A DNA stretch of 64,000 nucleotides from a plasmid: assembly GCF_056746865.1 (NCBI RefSeq), contig NZ_JBWKMP010000003.1. One strand, given 5' to 3'. Numbering within the stretch: the first letter of the stretch is position 1; every line of letters begins with the position of its first letter. Under the pieces are notes generated by a model. That model was not told the DNA's origin and made no database searches. It worked only from the letters and a program-made list of their open reading frames with translations. Of the stretch, positions 62,015 through 64,000 are shown in pieces. A program made the position numbers and the translations under genes.

Positions 62015-64000
62015 ATGTGCGCAGATAAAGTAAAGAACATTGTCACCTTATCTTCGGACATTTCCGCTCCACTAATTGCAGACATGCAATACTTTGAGCT
62101 GTATAGCACCGAAGCTCTAAACAGGAAGATGAAAAATATCGTTCTGCCCGGTGTGTACTGTGGGTTTGAACCGGTGCCAGGGGATGGCCTGTTTGTGCGG
62201 ATTACATCCGAGAAAACAGAGGGAAGAGGGGCGGCTTCAGTTGACGTGGGTAAATGTCAGATATCCGTGCAGCAAGTCAGTGATGTTGTTGTTCCTGTAG
62301 AAGCAGGTGTAACGACAATCATCGTTCTTGAAGCTAATTACGAACATGGAGTGAAAACCAGCCAGGTAGATAGTTCATCGGATATTAGCGCAGCGAGAAT
62401 TATAGCTCTCGTTGATGAGGGCATAGCATCTAACCAGATTGAGCTATGCCGAGTGATCGTGCCTGACAATGCTCAAGCCGTTACCGCAGATATGATTAGC
62501 ACTAAATATCGCGCTAATCGTGCTGTAGGTGTTGAGTTCTCCAGTGCTTTGGATAGTGACGAAGAATATAAAGCTGCAACCCCCCTTGCTATCAGCACGT
62601 TAAATAAACTTAAAGCTCCGGTTGATAGCCCGGAATTTATAGGTATCCCTACATCTCCAACTCCGGAACAAGGTACAAACAGTACACAAATCGCAAACGC
62701 TGCCTTTGTTCAGGCCGCTATAACCGCACTTATTGATGGTTCTCCTTCAGCGTTGGATACGCTGAAAAAAATTGCAGATGCAATAAACAATGATCCCCAG
62801 TTTAGCCAGACGATTAATGATGCTTTAGCTCTTAAAGCGCCGTTATTAAGCCCGGCATTTACGGGGGTTCCAACAGCTCCTACGGCGTCACAAGGTACGA
62901 ACAACACTCAGATTGCAACAACCGCTTATGTTCGTGCCGCTATTTCTGCATTGGTCGGCTCATCACCAGAAGCTCTTGATACTCTTAATGAGCTTGCTGC
63001 GGCGCTGGGCAATGACCCGAACTTTGCGACTACAATGACAAATGCCCTGGCAGGTAAGCAGCCTCTCGACGCAACCTTAACCGCGCTCGCTGGCCTGGCG
63101 ACGGGGGCAAATAAATTACCGTACTTTACCGGAACAGACACTGTAGCCCAGACTGATTTAACGTCAGTCGGTCGCGATATTCTTGCTAAAACAAGCACAC
63201 TGGCTGTTATCCAATACCTTGGTTTAAGAGAACTCGGAACCAGCGGAGAAAAGCTCCCCCTGTTGAGCACAGCTAATACCTGGAGTGCACGCCAGACTTT
63301 CAGCGCGGGGATCACTGGTACGCTGACCGGGAACGCCGATACTGCGACGAAATTAAAAACAGCCAGAAAGATTAACGGTGTGGCATTTGATGGGTCGGCA
63401 GATATTACTCTGACCCCTGAAGATCTTGGCTTAACGGATATTGCTTCTCAAGCTGGTAACGCAGTTCAGCGTTCTGGCGACACAATGGGGGGGCAGCTAA
63501 AAATTGGCACAATAAATGCCCTTCGAATATTTAACCAGGACTTTGGCCTTATCTTCAGGAGATCCGAGGAATATCTTCATCTTATCCCGACAAATGAAGG
63601 GGAGGGTGAAAATGGTGACATCGGGCCATTAAGACCATTTTCTATAAACTTAAGAACTGGGTTGGTGTCCATCGGTAACGGCGTAAAAGTTGGCGGTGGT
63701 ATTACTGGTAATTTGACGGGAAACGCAGATACTGCCACAAAGCTCAAGACAGCTCGAACGATCGGCGGAGTGTCATTTGATGGCAGCGCCAATATCGACC
63801 TGCCTGGCGTGAATAAAACAGGTAATCAGAGCACTACCGGCAATGCTGCAACCGCAACGAAACTTCAGACGGCACGCACAATCGGCGGAGTGTCATTTGA
63901 TGGCAGCGCCAATATCGACCTGCCTGGCGTGAATAAAACAGGTAATCAGAGCACTACCGGCAATGCTGCAACCGCAACGAAACTTCAGACGGCACGCACA
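62015..64000 (+). CDS. tail fibre protein (partial, continues beyond the window)
   Basis: Frame is open from ATG 62015 to the window end. Repeated collar motifs (SPAFTGVPTAPTASQGTNNTQIATTAYV) and GNADTATKLKTAR...FDGSADI fibre repeats, as in P1/Mu S and lambda Stf-family fibres. Confidence 0.7.
   Translation, partial: MCADKVKNIVTLSSDISAPLIADMQYFELYSTEALNRKMKNIVLPGVYCGFEPVPGDGLFVRITSEKTEGRGAASVDVGKCQISVQQVSDVVVPVEAGVTTIIVLEANYEHGVKTSQVDSSSDISAARIIALVDEGIASNQIELCRVIVPDNAQAVTADMISTKYRANRAVGVEFSSALDSDEEYKAATPLAISTLNKLKAPVDSPEFIGIPTSPTPEQGTNSTQIANAAFVQAAITALIDGSPSALDTLKKIADAINNDPQFSQTINDALALKAPLLSPAFTGVPTAPTASQGTNNTQIATTAYVRAAISALVGSSPEALDTLNELAAALGNDPNFATTMTNALAGKQPLDATLTALAGLATGANKLPYFTGTDTVAQTDLTSVGRDILAKTSTLAVIQYLGLRELGTSGEKLPLLSTANTWSARQTFSAGITGTLTGNADTATKLKTARKINGVAFDGSADITLTPEDLGLTDIASQAGNAVQRSGDTMGGQLKIGTINALRIFNQDFGLIFRRSEEYLHLIPTNEGEGENGDIGPLRPFSINLRTGLVSIGNGVKVGGGITGNLTGNADTATKLKTARTIGGVSFDGSANIDLPGVNKTGNQSTTGNAATATKLQTARTIGGVSFDGSANIDLPGVNKTGNQSTTGNAATATKLQTART
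63781..64000 (+). repeat. exact 120-bp tandem repeat (40-aa unit) inside the tail fibre gene
   Basis: 63781..63900 is identical to 63901..64000 for as far as the window extends. The unit encodes DGSANIDLPGVNKTGNQSTTGNAATATKLQTARTIGGVSF. Confidence 0.85.

Noticed and set aside
62710-63792. Minus-strand ORFs within the tail fibre gene (62710..62907, 62926..63315, 63577..63792)
   Set aside because: Nested antisense to an open plus-strand frame that carries conserved fibre repeats.

Overview
This window looks like a contiguous segment of a P1-like phage-plasmid (a temperate myovirus kept as a low-copy plasmid). The backbone is P1-like but heavily mosaic. No rRNA, tRNA or CRISPR array was found.

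Main blocks, in order:
- Packaging genes: pacA-like (terminase small subunit) and pacB-like (terminase large subunit), with a GATC-rich candidate pac site inside pacA.
- A convergent minus-strand gene in the position of the P1 immunity repressor, then a 34-bp lox-like site and a Cre recombinase.
- A six-gene accessory operon after cre: two hypotheticals, a dUTPase, a DUF2829-like protein, another hypothetical, and a degenerate paralogue of the terminase large-subunit ATPase domain.
- The P1 phd-doc addiction module and humD (UmuD').
- A ~14-kb leftward operon of lambdoid-type accessory genes: mosaic Ead/Ea22-like paralogues, an ASCH protein, a DUF968 protein, a lambda-type Ser/Thr phosphatase, a ClpX-zinc-finger-only protein, a GcrA-like protein, a DUF4406 protein and a DUF551 protein.
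- ref, then an immI-like unit: a candidate antisense-RNA locus, a small overlapping icd-like ORF and a Rha/Ant-like antirepressor.
- Two exported proteins, a three-gene cluster ending in a SWIM-zinc-finger protein, and higB-higA plus an orphan higA-like gene.
- Baseplate hub and spike genes, rdgC, a short m5C-methyltransferase-like gene and a Dam-like methyltransferase gene split by a complete IS2 (5-bp GATGC target duplication).
- Two partition systems, ParF/ParG-like and ParM/ParR with GAGAC iterons.
- An overlapped spanin pair, candidate major head protein and Ig-like decoration protein, sheath and tube candidates.
- An iteron replicon (5 upstream iterons, repA, inverted downstream iterons, DnaA box) sitting inside the morphogenesis block.
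- A Sit-like tape-measure/injection protein, baseplate genes, and a tail fibre ending in an exact 120-bp tandem repeat.

The strongest findings are:
- the degenerate TerL-ATPase paralogue operon next to cre;
- a dnaX-type A_AAA_AAG -1 frameshift site exactly at the stop codon of the candidate capsid gene, whose 35-aa extension supplies the missing N-terminal strand of the Ig-like domain in the next ORF;
- a dispersed operator-like motif (core ATTTTCTAACA, often as palindromes) found at 10 intergenic sites (about 14 motif copies), defining a putative immunity regulon.
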